The notes under the pieces were generated by a model. The model ran no database searches and was not told the DNA's origin. It worked only from the letters and a program-made list of their open reading frames with translations. A DNA stretch of 64,000 bases from NCBI GenBank assembly GCA_024679065.1, contig JAGIQG010000013.1, forward strand, positions 56,482,001 to 56,546,000, written 5' to 3'. The translations under genes and the position numbers were made by a program. How positions within the stretch are numbered: position 1 is the first letter of the stretch; every line of letters starts with the position of its first letter. This document shows positions 11,578 to 25,455 of the stretch, one piece after another. The DNA is from Sphyrna mokarran (Eukaryota).

Positions 11578-13150
11578 AGGGCAATTCTCCCATCCTGCTG
11601 CACTGCATTTTTAATGCAGCAGAAGGAGAGATTCTAGCAGCGGCTGATGTACACTGGATGTCCAGGCCTGAGTACGGAAATATGCATGGAGCTGCCTAAT
11701 ACATGCAGCCTCCCATTATCAACTATTTGAATATCATTAGTGGGTCTGTGGGTCCACTAGCCTCTCCCATCTGCCAGGACTATTTCACTCCAGTGGGATT
11801 TACAGTAGCTGCCCATTGCTGGCGCTGGTGTCCTGACTCTGCTAGAATGAAGGGAAGCGGCAATCGAGGCCTCTCCTGGACAGTGACAGTGGGGGGATGC
11901 CCTCTTGGCATTGTCATCTTAGTAGTGCTAGCCTAGGCCCCTGGCACTAAGGGGTAAAGTGCTAATGCACTGGGGACACCTTGGTACTGCCCAACTTTTG
12001 AACTATTATTGAAATGGTAAAAATTGCAGCATGCTGCTGTACAGAGGGATCTGAGTGTCCTTGTGCAGGAATTTCAAAGAGTTGGTTTGCAGATGCAGCA
12101 GGTAATTAAGAAGGCAAATGGAATTTTGTCCTTCATTGCTAGAAGAATGGAGTTTAAAAACAGCGAGATTATGATGCAGCTGTATAAGGCGCTGGTGAGG
12201 CCACATCTGGAGTACTGTGTACAGTTTTGGTCTCCTTACTTAAAAAAGGATATACTGGCACTGGAGGGGGTGCAGAGGAGATTCACTAAGTTGATTCCAG
12301 AGTTGAGAGGATTGGCTTATGAGGAGACACTGAGTAGACTAGAGCTATACTCATTGGAATTCAGAAGAATGAAGGAAGATCTTATAGAAAATATAAGATT
12401 ATGAAGGGAATAGAAAAGGTAGGAGCAGGGAAGTAGTTTCCACTGGCAGGTAAATGGAGTTGAGTCTAAGAAAAGATCGGCCATGACCCGATTGAATGGT
12501 GGAGTAGGCTCGAGGGGCCAGATGGCCTACTCCTGCTCCTAATTCGTATGTTCTTATATACCTATCAGGCATAGGGCAGCGCCAAGGGTGTGGTCCTAAG
12601 GGGAGTGAGGCTTTTGGAAGAACAATTAATGTTGATAAGGGATCTCTCTGCCAATCTGCAGTCGGGATCAGTGGAGGAAGGATGGAGACCAGCGATCGGA
12701 GCTGGCCATTGGGATGGGGGGGTGGGGGGGGGTTTCACTGTGTGGAAGATGGTCGGCACTGCAGCGAAGGATGAGGGAGTCAGCGCTGTGGGGGGAGGGG
12801 GCCTGGCAAGAGATTGGTGCTGACCAGAGGAACACGAGATTGACGGGGGGAGAGGTTCAGGCTAGGCCGGACTCATTCGATGGCCAGCTATCGAGAGGCT
12901 GGCAGTGCGGGTTCGTGCGCGTGCGCTGATCTAGGCAGTGACAGATCGGTGTACGTGCAATGCAATGCTGCCGGATTGTCCAGTAGAAACAGGCCTTAGC
13001 CCCTGTGTTGCAGCGTGATTCACACAGAGGCACTCTGCGGGCACAATGTGGGAGATTCATTTTGAAAATCCCACTGAAAGAACCAGCGTGATTTACTCCA
13101 ATTTTCACGCAAATTTGACACTTAGAATTTTTTTTGAGAGAATCCAGTCT
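11578..13150. mobile_element. Probable non-autonomous DNA-transposon-like repeat with a nested CR1 fragment
   Basis: Ends gggcaattctccc .. gagagaatccagtc form an imperfect inverted pair; GC/CpG-rich interior; similar ends at 38260-38457 and 52467-52603. Confidence 0.45.
12005..12555 (+). mobile_element. CR1/HER1 LINE 3' fragment
   Basis: ORF 12024-12404 QRDLSVLV..LYKALVRPHLEYCVQFWSPY; tail ttcgtatgttcttat. Confidence 0.9.
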
Positions 13151-13635
13151 AATTTCACTTGTTTCCTGAATGTACAGCTCAACAATGCCACAACCAGCAC
13201 CAAGTTAACTAATGATCCCACAGTCTAACTGGTCACGCTAATCTATTACGTAGGATATCTAAAGAAGAAACTTGAGCAACAGTTACGAAATGTTCGACGC
13301 AAACTCTGATGCAAGTTGTCATATTCAGTTTTACAGCTGCACTGTCTAGGTGATGTGTACAGCTTTTCTGTGAAAAAAAAATCTGTACTGAAAGCGCATG
13401 TATAGTGTTGGGTGGCCGGGGTGATTCCTCAATGTGCCTGACCTGTAGAGTTGGTCACATGTCTTGAACATATTCCCATCCATTTTCTATCCAATGGTTC
13501 TCACGATATCTGAGAGGCTGTTTTCTCTCTTCTCTTTAGAAATGTGGAGTACAATTGCACAGTTTCTAGTTAGAAATAAAGAGACTCTGTGGAGGGAGAG
13601 CGAATGAAAGAAACTGAAGAGAGAGTCTGAAAAGA

Positions 13636-13930
13636 ATCATAGAGAGTCCACAGTGCAGAAGGAAGCCTTTCAGCCCATCGAGTCTGCACCAATCCCAATC
13701 CTACCAAGGTCCTATCCCCATAGCTTGATAACCCCCTGACATTAAGAGCAAGGTCAAATCAACTTAATTTGCACATCTTTGGAGTGTGGGAGGAAACCAG
13801 AGCACCCTGAGAAAAGCCACACAGACACAGGAGAACGTGCAAATTTCATCCAGACAGTGACTCAAACTGGGAATCAAATCCGGGTCCCCGGAACTGTGAC
13901 ATAGCAGTGTTAAGCACTGTGTTGCCTTGC
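13636..13930 (-). mobile_element. HE1-type V-SINE
   Basis: Reverse-complement head, V core and tail. Confidence 0.85.
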
Positions 13931-13934
13931 TACT

Positions 13935-14175
13935 CAGAGGGAGAGAAATTGATAGGTTAGGGAGGGAGAAAGAGAGAGAAATTGGGGAGAGAGGCTGCAG
14001 AGGAGTAAAATTGGAGAGGAGATAGTGAAAGAGAATAGCGAAAGACAGAGAGACTGCAGAGACAAAGACAAGGGAGAGAGAAATTAGGGGAAAAAGAAGA
14101 AATATATGGAAAGACTGGACATAGAGACTAGAGTTAGAGATACTTGGGGAAAAAGAGAGAGAAAGGAGGGGTGGT
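13935..14175. repeat. GA-rich polypurine low-complexity tract
   Basis: Mostly A/G on the plus strand over ~240 bp. Confidence 0.75.
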
Positions 14176-15639
14176 AAGATTGAAGCCCAGGGCTAATACT
14201 GTTGCTGCTCACTATCTACCTGCCTGTCTGACTGTGATAGAATTGGAGACTAGTACAACAATCAGATGCTGATACAGTCAACACATCTCTGCAGAAGAGG
14301 GAGAAAAACAAGTGGGTGGGGAGAATTACGAAACAAGAAGTGGTCAGTTGTACACGAGACTGTGACAGCTATATTGATAAGGAGATTATGATCAACAAGT
14401 CAACAGTATTCTGCTTTACTTGCTGTCATTACCAAGTCAGCTAGTATTTCCCCATGAAATCAGATTGTTTCTTCCAAAAGGAAACTGTGAATTGAATTGT
14501 CCCCCCAAAAACAAAACTCTAGCATTTTGATCAGAATGGTTTGTGGATTGTCCCTTTGAGCTTATAATGGCTGACGGCTGAAAATAAGTGTTCATTTCCC
14601 ATTTCTACTTTGTGACATTGCATCTTTTAAACTTGGCTGCAGGAAAATGGTATTGCAAAGTATTACAATACGCCATTGGTAATGCCTCACTTACTAGCAG
14701 TGGGCCCCTTATTTGCACCAGGCTTCACTCTCTACAAATGTTACACATTAATCCTTTCCAGTCATTACCAAACCTCTGACAGTTATTGAAAGAGTAGGGA
14801 AATTTTCCTGTCCATCATTTATTCCTCATCAAGAATCAGATTCCCTGATCATTGTCAGATTACTGCTAGTGGGATTTGGTATGTGCAGATTGCCTGTCAC
14901 ATTTCCTACATTATAGCAATGACCACACTTCAAAACGTATTTCACAGGCTGCTTAATACTTTGGGACATCCTTGAGGTAGTGAAAGGTGCTGCATAAATG
15001 CAAGTTTTTCTTTTATTGGCTGTGGGATCCTGACTTGCAGGGAAGCAAATCATCCTTAGGTTCCATCTATGAGTCATGAGACTGTTGTGGTGATGTCTCC
15101 GGTGACTAGCTCTGGATTGGATTTGATCCACGCTCACCACTGTCTGCATGTTTTTCTCTTGCTGTTGGAGACAACCCAAATAGGATGAATGAAAAACTGA
15201 GAGTCTCTCCCAAACTGGCTACTTGAATTGCTGCATTCATAAGTTTGAACAGTATGAGACTGTATGTTGCTGCTTAAGTTTGAATTATATTCAAAGGCAC
15301 AGTATGTAGATTCTGGCCTTCATCGAAACCTACCAGGAGTTCAATTCTTAGTCTCCTCGGGTAGCTTTCTGAATATATTCATTTATTTCCTTAAAGCTGG
15401 GTGTGAAAGGACATTTTTTGCACTGGCTGGTATGTGTCAATACTGCTGACCTCAATTATTTCAATCAAATTCAGGCCATGCTGTATCCTACTGCTCCAAG
15501 CTTTTCTCACCCAGAACCCAGTTCAAATTCTCGAAGTTTGCAGGCTGAGGTTATAAAGACTCTGGAGCAGTGTCTGATTTGGGTCCCTCCTTTGTCCTTG
15601 ACATTATAGTTAGGGGTGAATAACCAGACAGCTTCTGTG

Positions 15640-16910
15640 AAGACCATGCCCTATCTTCACCCTGAGCATACCCTAAATTGTGTTATGAGGCATTATGCCA
15701 TGGTGCTAAATGGGATAGATTCAGGACCAACCTAGCAGCTCAAAACTGGGCAACCAAAAGGTGCTCTTAACCATATTGTATTCATTCATAAAATGTAACG
15801 TCATGGTCCAGCATATCTCCCACTCTATTATTACCACCAAGCCAAGGGATTAACCCTGGTTCAATGAACAATGCAGGAGGGCATGCCAACAGATAATTAA
15901 AAATGAAGCGTCAATCCGATGAAGCTGCAACACAGTGCCACTTGCATGCCAAACAGCATAAGCAGCATGTAATAGACAGAGCTAAGTGATTCTTGGATAT
16001 TGCCCTGCAGTCCTACCACACACAGTCATGAATGACGGGAAACAATTAAAAAACTACAAGAGGAGCAAGCTCCACAAATATCCTTATAATCAATTTGCAA
16101 CCATCTTCAGCCAAAAATGCCCAGTGAATGATTTAGCTTGTCCTCGTCCAGAGGACCCTGACATCACAAATACCAGTCTTCGGTCATTTCGATTCAATTT
16201 ACACAGCATCAAGAAATAGCTGAAAATGCTGGATTGTAAAGACTATGGACCCTGATAACATCCTAGCAGTTATATTAAAGGCTTGTGCTCCAGAATTAGC
16301 CTTTCCCCAAACCAAGTCACAGGACCTTAAGGAGGCTTGACAGAATAGATGCTGAGAGATTGCTTTCCCTTGTGGGAGAATCTCAAACCAGAGACCCTAA
16401 TCGCAGGCTCATTTAAGTTGCTCATTTAAGACTTGAGCAGGAATTTTGTCTCTCAGAGGGTAGTGAATCTGTAGAATTCTTTACCACAGGAAGCTGTAGA
16501 GGTTGGGTCATTATTTGCATTCAAGGCTGAGATAGAGAGATTTTTAATAGTAAGGTAATCAAGGGGTTTGGAGAAAAGGTGGAAAAGGAGAATTGAAGAT
16601 AATCATAACAGATCAATGATCTCACAGAATGGCGGAGCAAGTTCCATGGGCTGAATGGCCTATTTCTGCTCCTTCACCTTATGGTCTTAAGCCACACACC
16701 ATCCTGACTTGGAACTATATTGCTATTCCTTCATTGTTGTTGGGTCAAAATCCTGGAACTCTCTCTCTAACAGTGCTGCGGGTGTACCTGGACCATGTGG
16801 GCTATAGCAATTCAAGAAAATGGTTCACTACCACCTTCTCAAGGACAATTAATGATGGGCAACAAATACTGTCCTTGTAAGCGATGCCCAAATTCCATGG
16901 AAGAATAAAA
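15640..16910 (+). mobile_element. Degenerate second-family CR1/L2-group LINE with nested HER1 fragment (16320-16690)
   Basis: Decayed PWFNEQCRRAC and GPDNI..LKACAPELA motifs; family 3' end at 16690-16910; HER1-type FVSQRVVNL in the insert. Confidence 0.7.
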
Positions 16911-17343
16911 AACGTTCTTTCAGCTTTAAGCATTGAACACGTCCAGTCTTCACACACTGTGCTTATTGATTTTCCAGTAAAACTATATATATCGGATAGA
17001 TCTTCATAAGGAACTATTGCAGTTGATTGCCAGCTTTCCTGTGAAAGGGACCAAATAGATCTTGAACTGCAGTCAGACAGCACGAGCACTCATGACTCTG
17101 CTATTCTTCAGTACTTCATATGATGCTGACCTTTCTCACTCACTAAATAAATAGTATCTATTGTACTATGTGATTTACTCTGTCCAATCACTTTCAATCT
17201 GTAATGTTACATACTGACCTTTAAAACAATTTTTACTGGGAAGGCCTTGAACTTTTTCAGGTTGCTGGCTCAGTCAGAAACAATGCTCACTAGATTTTGG
17301 CTTCTAATAGGATAAATTCTTCTTTGTGTAAGTGAATGCTAAA

Positions 17344-17345
<2 letters not shown>

Positions 17346-17374
<29 letters not shown>
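17346..17374. repeat. (TG)n microsatellite
   Basis: About 14 perfect TG units. Confidence 0.95.
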
Positions 17375-17379
<5 letters not shown>

Positions 17380-18214
17380 CCTGGATATTGACTCTCAGTA
17401 ACAAAATCTGAAGTGAAAGTAACTTGAGGCTAGTATTTGATGCATTTTTGAAGCAGAGGTTTGAAAGTTAGCTTGCACTCTTGTGGTTTGAAAAGGATAA
17501 AGAAGGTGCTAATAAAAGAGATGTTGTGATCTAAGGTCCCAAAACTATAGGGAGATGCTGTGGTCTGAAGCACACCATAGGCCAACAGGCAAGCGATTCA
17601 ATTAAACTAAGTGACTATACTATGGTTTGTGATGGGGGTTAAATGAGGATATGTGCAGAATGATGATAGATTCTGAAGTTTACTGCACCAGTGTGGTTTA
17701 GAATAAGAGTTGAGTTTATTAGTTCTCTCAGTTTATTCTGTTAATTAGGCCTTTGTTTTTATATTGATTTCTCTCCCTAATTTTGATGAATTGCGACTGA
17801 TGCAAATCTGTCCTATCCAATCACCATGTATCAGCAGTGTTATGTGCCAAGATAGACAGTGCTGGGATTTTCTGGTTCTTTCCTGCTAGTAAGATCTTCT
17901 GGTTCCACTAAAGGTGGTAGGTTTCCTGGCAGTGAGACTGGGAGGCCATGCAAAATGCCGTAGGTATGAGCAGAACTGGAAGATCCCGCTGCCGGAGTGT
18001 GGTCAGCTGCCTCTGCTTCAGAAAACATGCTGCGTAGAGGGACTGGTAAATTGGGCTCGGTAACATTTATATGCAGCGTGAATCTGAATTATGGAATATA
18101 TTATGGTGATTATAAGAATTGGTTTTCTTTCAGAAATTGTGAGCCATAAATTATATTTTTTTATGGAAACCAATATGCAAAAGCTGACTTAGTGTGATGA
18201 GAGTTTAGCACAGT

Positions 18215-19330
18215 GCTTGCAGACAATTTACTTACAGCTTTCAAAATAAAAGTTAAACCTATTTGATGGTAATTGTAACTCTGAGAGTGGTGGCAAATTT
18301 TCAGAGTGGAGGAAGGTATATATTGGGGTTCTCCAGGGACTGTTGATTGGACCATTCTTTGCTTATGTATGAATGACTTAGACTTGAGTGCATAAGGGCG
18401 CAATTTCAAAATTTCAGATAACACAAAGTTTGGAAGTATTGTGAATGATGAGAAAATAGTGATACCTTTCAAGAGGACATATACTGGTGGAATGGGCAGA
18501 CATGTTGTAGATGGAATTTATTGTAGTTGAGTAGGGGAATTTCACAGTAACTTCATTGCAGTGTTAATGTAAGCCTTACTTGTGACTAATGGATAAATTT
18601 TAAGTAATTTTTATTGATAAGAAGGAGAAGGTGAGGTGATAAAAAATAAAGGGTACAATTCTGAAGTGGGGGAGCAGGAGCAGAAAGACCTGTGGGTATA
18701 TGTCATTGAATCATGAAAGGCAGCAGAACAGGATGAGAAAACAATTAATAAACCATATCAACAACAGCATTGAGTACAAAAAAAGCAAGTTATGATAAAC
18801 CCGTGTAAAAGACTGGTCTGACCTCAAATGAACTAATATGTCCAGTTCTGGGCACCAATTTTAGAAAAAATGTTATGGGATTAGGGAGGGTGCAGAAAAT
18901 GCCCTGAGAATGGATCCTAGGTTGAGAAACTTTAGTTACATGGATGGGTTAGAGAAGCTGGGGCTGTTCTCCTTGGAGAAGAGAAGATTAAGAGAGTCTG
19001 AACAGTATAGAGAAGGAGAAACTGTTCTTATCGGTGGGAGAGTTAAGAATGAAAGGACACCTACTTCAGGTAATGGGAGAAAGAAGCAAAGGCGACACAA
19101 GGAAAAGCTTCTTTATGAAGCAAGTGGTTAGGATCTGGAATCCTCTGCCTGTGAATGTAGTGGAGACAGAATCAATAGAAGCTTTCAGAAGAGAATTGGA
19201 TAATTATCGGAAGAGAAAATGTTCACAAAGCTACTGCAAAAAATGCGAGAGGGACCATGTGAGTTCCTGTCGCAAAGAGCCGATACAGACATTAGGGACC
19301 AACTAACCTCCTTCTGTGTTGTAGCCATGA
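18215..19330 (+). mobile_element. Old CR1 LINE RT and 3' fragment
   Basis: Decayed ISKFQ/DNTK, LEKLGLFSLEKRRLR and FFMKQVVRIWNPLP. Confidence 0.8.
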
Positions 19331-19619
19331 CATGATAGATATAAATACTTTTCTCATTCTTTCAAGGACTCTGAGTTTCACTGGTGAGATCATCATGTTC
19401 CCATCTCTAATTGCCCTTGAATTGAGTGGCTTGTCGAAGACATTTCAGCAGGAACAAAGAACAAAAAACAGTATAACTCTGGAAAAAGTAAAGCAAAAGT
19501 AAAGTTTATTTATTAATCCCAAGTAAGCTTTACATTAACACTGCAATGAAGTTACCGTGAAATTCTCCCTTTGTCCTACCAAGGCCATCTGGTACCGCAC
19601 CTTGGTCCTTTGTTCCCAC

Positions 19620-20540
19620 CAAGTCTATGCAGACACAAATGCCTCTCTAATTTAACAGTTTCTTGCCTCTATACAGTACATATCCCTCTATTCCCTGCCT
19701 ATTCATGTATCTATCCTAATGCCTCTTGAATGTCGTTATAGAATCTGCTCCCACCACCTCCACTGGCAATGCATTCCAGCATTCACAAATTGTGTGAAAG
19801 AAATGCTAAATTGATATACTATTAGGGGATTAACAGGATAAATTGCGGGGGTTATGGTTATAGAGGTTGGGTGGGATTGTAATTGGTGCAGACTTAATGA
19901 CCAAATAGCCCCCTTCTGCACTGTAGGAGTTCTATGATTCTATGATTTTATATACCTGAGTAATTGATCCTTCTCCCTGGGTGAAAGACTCTGGCAATGT
20001 ACTCTATTCATGTCTGTCATAATCATGTAAACCTCTATCAGGTTTCCTCTCGTCCTCTGACACTCCAATGAAAACAACAATCCAAGTTTGTTCAAACTTT
20101 CTTCATAGTCCATCTCTTCCAAACCAGGCAACATCCTGGTAAATCTCTTCTGCACCCTTTCCAATGCATCAACATTCTTCCGGTAGTGTGGTGACCAGAA
20201 TTGTCCACCTGAATTGCCACCTTCAGGGAAGTGTGGATCTGCACAGCTAGATCCCTCTGTCATTTCTAAGGGATATATCATTCAATGTGTACTTTCCTTC
20301 TATAGTAGATCTTCCAAATCACATCACCTCACATTTGTCTGGGTTAACTTCCATCTTACAACCTTCTTACTGTGTTTACTTCAGTCCAATGCCGGCATCT
20401 CTATATCTTAATTTCCACCTGCCATCTTTTGGCCCAGTCCTCCAGCCAATTTATATTCTGCTTATCCTCTGACAATCCTCCCCCAATTTTTGTATCATCT
20501 GCAAATTTATTAATCAGACTACTTACATTTTCCTCCAAGT
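19620..20540 (-). mobile_element. CR1/HER1 fragment with an HE1 3' piece (19820-19945, +) inserted
   Basis: Minus ORF QFWSPHYRKNVDALERVQKRFTRMLPG. Confidence 0.8.
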
Positions 20541-21149
20541 TAAGAATCAACCATATTGCTGTAGAGTCACATGTAGGCCAGATTAGGTTAGGATGGCAGA
20601 TTTCCTTCTCTGGAGGACATTAATGAAGCAAATAGGCTTTTGTGACAATTGGTGATAATTGTCATTGTCATTGTCACTGAGATTAGCTTTATATTCTAGA
20701 TTTACTAATTTAATTTAAATTCCATCAGCTGTCATGGTGGGATTTGAACTCATGTTACTAGACCATTGGAGGGGGGGTGGTTTCTGGATTACTAGTTGCG
20801 CGACATTATCACAGCTATGATATATATGATATGGAGGAATATTGACTGCATTCCATGTGAAACAATCACATCTTGACAATTAGGATGATAGAGTGCTCCA
20901 AGTGGAAACTACAGGTGTACAATCTATTTCCCCACTTTTCTAGATGAAAGAGGTGTCTAAAAGTCAAATTAACTAATGCAGTTACTTTTCCTTCTTAACG
21001 ATAGATCCAAAAGGGTTCACAGCAATTGATTACTCCTTTCAGTGATGCACCCACAGATTTATTGCATGAAAATCAGACTCTAATGGAAAGACTTTATCAC
21101 TCCAAGAATGTCAAAGTCTAAGTGATACAATCCAATGTTTGATAAACAG

Positions 21150-21920
21150 AGGAAATAGGAGCAGGAGTAGGCCATTTGGCCTCTCAAGCTAGCTCCGCCG
21201 TTCAATTAGATAATGGCTGATTTTCTACCGCAGTGCCATTTTCTTGCACTATCCCCATATCCTTTGATTTACAGTCTAGAAATCAATTACTTATTGGGTG
21301 GAATTTTCCTCCCTCTCTGCGGTGTGCTTTACTACAACAGGATCTTCTGATCCTGCCATTGTCAAAAGAGTTTCCCATTGAACGCAGTCCTCAGCAGCAG
21401 GAAACCTATGGCAGAAGTGCGCAATCAGCAGGACTGTAAGATCCCACCCGTGTAAACAGCAGCAAGATTTCAGCATCTGTTTTGAATGACTAACATTACT
21501 ACAGCTTTCTGAGGTCAGACAATTCCAAAGATTTGCCACCCTCTGAATGAAGAAATTCCTCTTTATCTCAGAACTAAATGTCCTAACTCTTATTCTGTAC
21601 TGTGCCCTGTGGTTCTAGTCTCCCCAGTCAGAGAAACATCCTTCCTACATCTATCTTGTTAAGCTGAATAAGACTGCTGAAAGTTTCAATTAAGTCACCT
21701 TTTATTATTTGAAACTCAAGAGAATAAAGGTTAAGTCTCCTCCCAGGAAAATCCCACCATCCCAGGACTTGTAGTGAACATTTATTGCACATCTTCTGTT
21801 GCAAGTGTACCCTCCCCAGGCAAGGAGGCCAAAATTCTACGTAATGCTCCAGATGCTGTCTTACCAAGGCTCGATGCAATTTCAGTAAGACTTCTGTACT
21901 CCTGTGTTCAAGTCAAAATG
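21150..21920 (-). mobile_element. CR1/HER1 3' fragment, with an insertion at ~21295-21470
   Basis: Minus ORF RALVRQHLEHYVEFW..KGDLIETF; tail ataggagcaggagtaggccatt. Confidence 0.75.
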
Positions 21921-23249
21921 TAAAGGATGGGCAATAAATGCGTATAATGTGAAATTGAACTAGCTCGCTTAGGTCCCTTTATATAGTGAAGCATTTATTC
22001 TGTGTCGAGTCAGTATGTTGACTGTGAGTGTGGTTTCCTACTGGTTGCAAAATTGCCTCATCCTTAACCAGAACTGCAGCTGTATTGACTAATAAAGAAC
22101 TTTCATAACTGAATTCAGCATTTCATTATATGCCCATTTTTGGTTAACTTGTCCTTTCAAGGTTCAGTTACAATAATCCATAGGTACATTCATTTATGCA
22201 TGTCGACCTTCTAATGTTGTTGCAATCAGGAAGACACAGATTGTGCCAGAAAAACAGGAGGCGAGGCCAACAGGATGCACACTTTGATAAACCATCCTCA
22301 GACTAATATTGTCCTGATATGTTTTTACTAATTAAAATCCAGTTTGCGTGTGAACCTTAAGAACCATCAGCAAAGTTTCCTGGAATCCACATCAACATGA
22401 ATACGCAGAGTACCTCTCTGGCCACCATCATGTCACAATATCTACACTATTCGCTTATGAGTAGTCAGATCTAGGCATTGTACAAATTTATAATTTGAAT
22501 ACCTGAGTTTTTCTTGGAATAATGCTACATGTCTTTGCTATTTGTTTTCTGTAACATATAGGCCAGGCTGGGTAATGATGGCATTCTTTTTTCTCTAAAG
22601 GTCATCAAGGAACCAACTGGATGTTTACCATAATCCAAAAGCTTTTTGTCACTTTTACTTTATTCTCAGACTTTTAAAATCTGAACGCAAATTTGTAAGT
22701 TGCTACAATGAGATTTTACACACAGCCTCAATCTCCGATTTACAAGTCCTGCAACATAAACACCAGGCTTTCATACCCTGTTCAGACAATTGTTCCCGAT
22801 CAAGACTAAATCGGTTTTCGGTTTGTGCTTGAAGCTCCTTGGTGTTAAAAAGCCTCACTGGAAACTTTGGCTAAATGGTCAAACTCATTCTGCTATGCAA
22901 TGTGTATTCAGATCTATCCCAGAGGTGAATATTGTGTTCTAAACTACTGTAGCATCTGGATTTGTTGGTTCTAACGCCAGTTAGTTCTATTCAGTGCAAA
23001 TCTGAAGCCTTTATTTATCCGCTATGAATCAGTGCTGAGTTAACAATGCTGTCTTTGTGATCAATTGGTTCTCCCATTGTTCATCAGGAACAATGAAGCA
23101 CCCAATTGAATATTGTACAAACATCCCAGCAGAGGCTCCTTGGAAACACAATGACAAAACAATCACAAACTGCAGGAAATATCCGTGACCATTTCCAATA
23201 GACTTTTTCAGCCTCACTTAAGAGTAGACTGAGCAGATTTCTTTGGAAA

Positions 23250-23897
23250 GGCGGCACAATGGTTAGCACTGCTGCCTCAAAACGCCAGGGACCCGAGTTC
23301 AATTCCAATCCTGGGTCATTGTGTAGAATCTGCATGTTCTCCCCAGGTCTGTCTGGATTTTCTCTGGGTGTTCCAGTTTCCTTCCACAGACCAAAGACAT
23401 GCAGATTAGATTGACTGGCCATGCTAACTTGACCCCTTAGAGTCAGGAGTTTAACAGGGGAAATACATGGGATTATGGGGATAGGGCCTGGGATGGTTAA
23501 AAACCATCTAACCATGGTTAGAACCATCAGATCGGATTTGAGGAGGTTTTCAGATCGGAGTTGTGGCGGAGTTTTCAGATTGGAGGGGTTTCTTCACGCA
23601 AAGCCTGGTGAATGTTTGGAATTCTCTGCCTGATGGGGTGGTGGAGGCTTCCTCACTGAACATGTTCAAGTCAAGAGTGGATAGGTTTTTAATTGACAAG
23701 GGAATTAAGGGTTACGGGGAGAAAGCGGGAAAGTGGTACTGAACCACTACAGATCAGCCATGATCTTATTGAATGGTGGGGCAGGCTCGAGGGGCTGTAG
23801 AGCCTACTCCTGCTCCTATTTCTTATGTTCTTATGATTGTTGTCAGTGCAGGTTTGATGGGCCAAGTGACCTCTTTCTGCAACATACGGATTCTAAG
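23250..23897 (+). mobile_element. HE1 SINE split by a CR1 3' fragment (~23525-23835)
   Basis: HE1 runs to gggcctgggatggtt (23498) and resumes at gattgttgtcagtgcagg (23835); the insert has the CR1 tail ttcttatgttcttatg. Confidence 0.8.
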
Positions 23898-23939
23898 ATC
23901 CTGCTCCTCACAGAAAAGGAGCACTTTCATCAAAATACT

Positions 23940-24240
23940 TGGGGTGGCACAATGGCACAATGGTTAGCATTGTTACCTCACTGTGCTAGGGAGCAGGGTT
24001 CAATTCCGGCTTTGGATGGCTGTCTTTGTGGAGTTTGCACATTCTCCCCGGCTTTCCTCTGGGTGCTCCATTTTCCTACCACAGTTCAAAAATGTGTAGG
24101 TTGGTGGATCAGACATGCTAAATTGAGCCTCAGTGTCAGAAGGATAAATAAATGGGGTTACAGGAATAGGATCTGGATGGGATTTTTGGTGGTGCAGGTG
24201 TGATGGGCTGAATGGTCTCCTGCACTGTAGGGATTCTATC
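23940..24240 (+). mobile_element. HE1-type V-SINE
   Basis: Full head, V core and tail. Confidence 0.88.
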
Positions 24241-24315
24241 ACTTGTGGCTGTACCTGGGTGTACTGGGCCACTTGGGGCAAACATTTGGCATGAGGCAGG
24301 GCTAGTCTGGAGACT

Positions 24316-25455
24316 TAGAACATAGAACATAGAACATAGAACATTACAGCACAGAACAGGCCCTTCGGCCTTCGATGTTGTGCCGACCAAAATAAAAAGC
24401 AATGCCCCTCCAAACTAAACCATTCCCTTCTCTTCCATATACTTATCAATTAACCTCTTAAACGCCACCAAACTTGGCGCATCTACAACAGCTGCAGGCA
24501 GGGCATTCCACTCCCTAATCACTCTTTGAGTAAAGAACCTACCTCTGATATCCGTCCTATAACTCATACCCCTTAATTTAAAGCTGTGTCCCCTCGTGCT
24601 AGCTTTCTCCATCCTAGGAAAAAGGCTATCACTGTCCACCCTATCTGAACCTCTAATCATCTTATATGCTTCAATAAGATCCCCTCTTAGCCGCCTCCTT
24701 TCTAACGAAAACAACCTCAAATCCTTCAACCTCTCTTCATAGGACCTGCCCTCCATACCAGGCAACATCCTGGTAAACCTCCTCTGTACCCTCTCCAATG
24801 CCTCCACATCTTTCTTATAATGTGGCGACCAGAACTGCACACAATACTCCAAGTGCGGCCGCACTAGAGTTTTGTACAGTTGCAACATGATGCTGCGGCT
24901 CCTAAATTCAATCCCCCTACCAATAAAAGCTAAGACTCCATATGCCTTCTTAACAACTTTATCCACTTGACTGCCTACTTTCAGGGATCTATTGACACAT
25001 ACACCAAGATCCTTCTGTTCCTCAACACTATTAAGAGCCCTACCATTAGCCCTATACTCTACACATTTATTGTTCCTGCCAAAGTGCATTACCTCACACT
25101 TTTCCACATTAAACTCCATTTGCCACCTCTCGGCCCAGCTCTGCAACTTGTCCAAGTCTCTCTGCAAACTATAACACCCCTCTTCACTATCTACCACTCC
25201 ACCGACTTTAGTGTCATCTGCAAATTTACTGATCCATCCCTCAATACCCTCATCCAGATCATTTATAAAAATTACAAACAGCAGGGGCCCCAAAACAGAC
25301 CCCTGAGGCACACCACTCGTCACCGAACTCCACGATGAATATCTCCCATCAACCACCACCCTCTGTCTTCTATCTGCCAGCCAATTCCTAATCCAATTAG
25401 CTAAATCACCCTCTATTCCACACATCTGCATTTTCTGTAGAAGTCTTCCATGGGC
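24316..25455 (-). mobile_element. Young 5'-truncated CR1/HER1 LINE (open RT C-terminal half)
   Basis: Uninterrupted 338-aa ORF with GVPQGSVLGP and ISKFADDTK; (TTCTATG)n tail; stem-loop ggccgaagggcc. Confidence 0.97.

Noticed and set aside
17840-18028. 62-aa ATG-initiated minus ORF in unique sequence
   Set aside because: No recognisable homology or compatible splice donor.
23084-24281. 147-aa and 156-aa ORFs
   Set aside because: Span HE1 and CR1 fragments; typical SINE-derived spurious frames.
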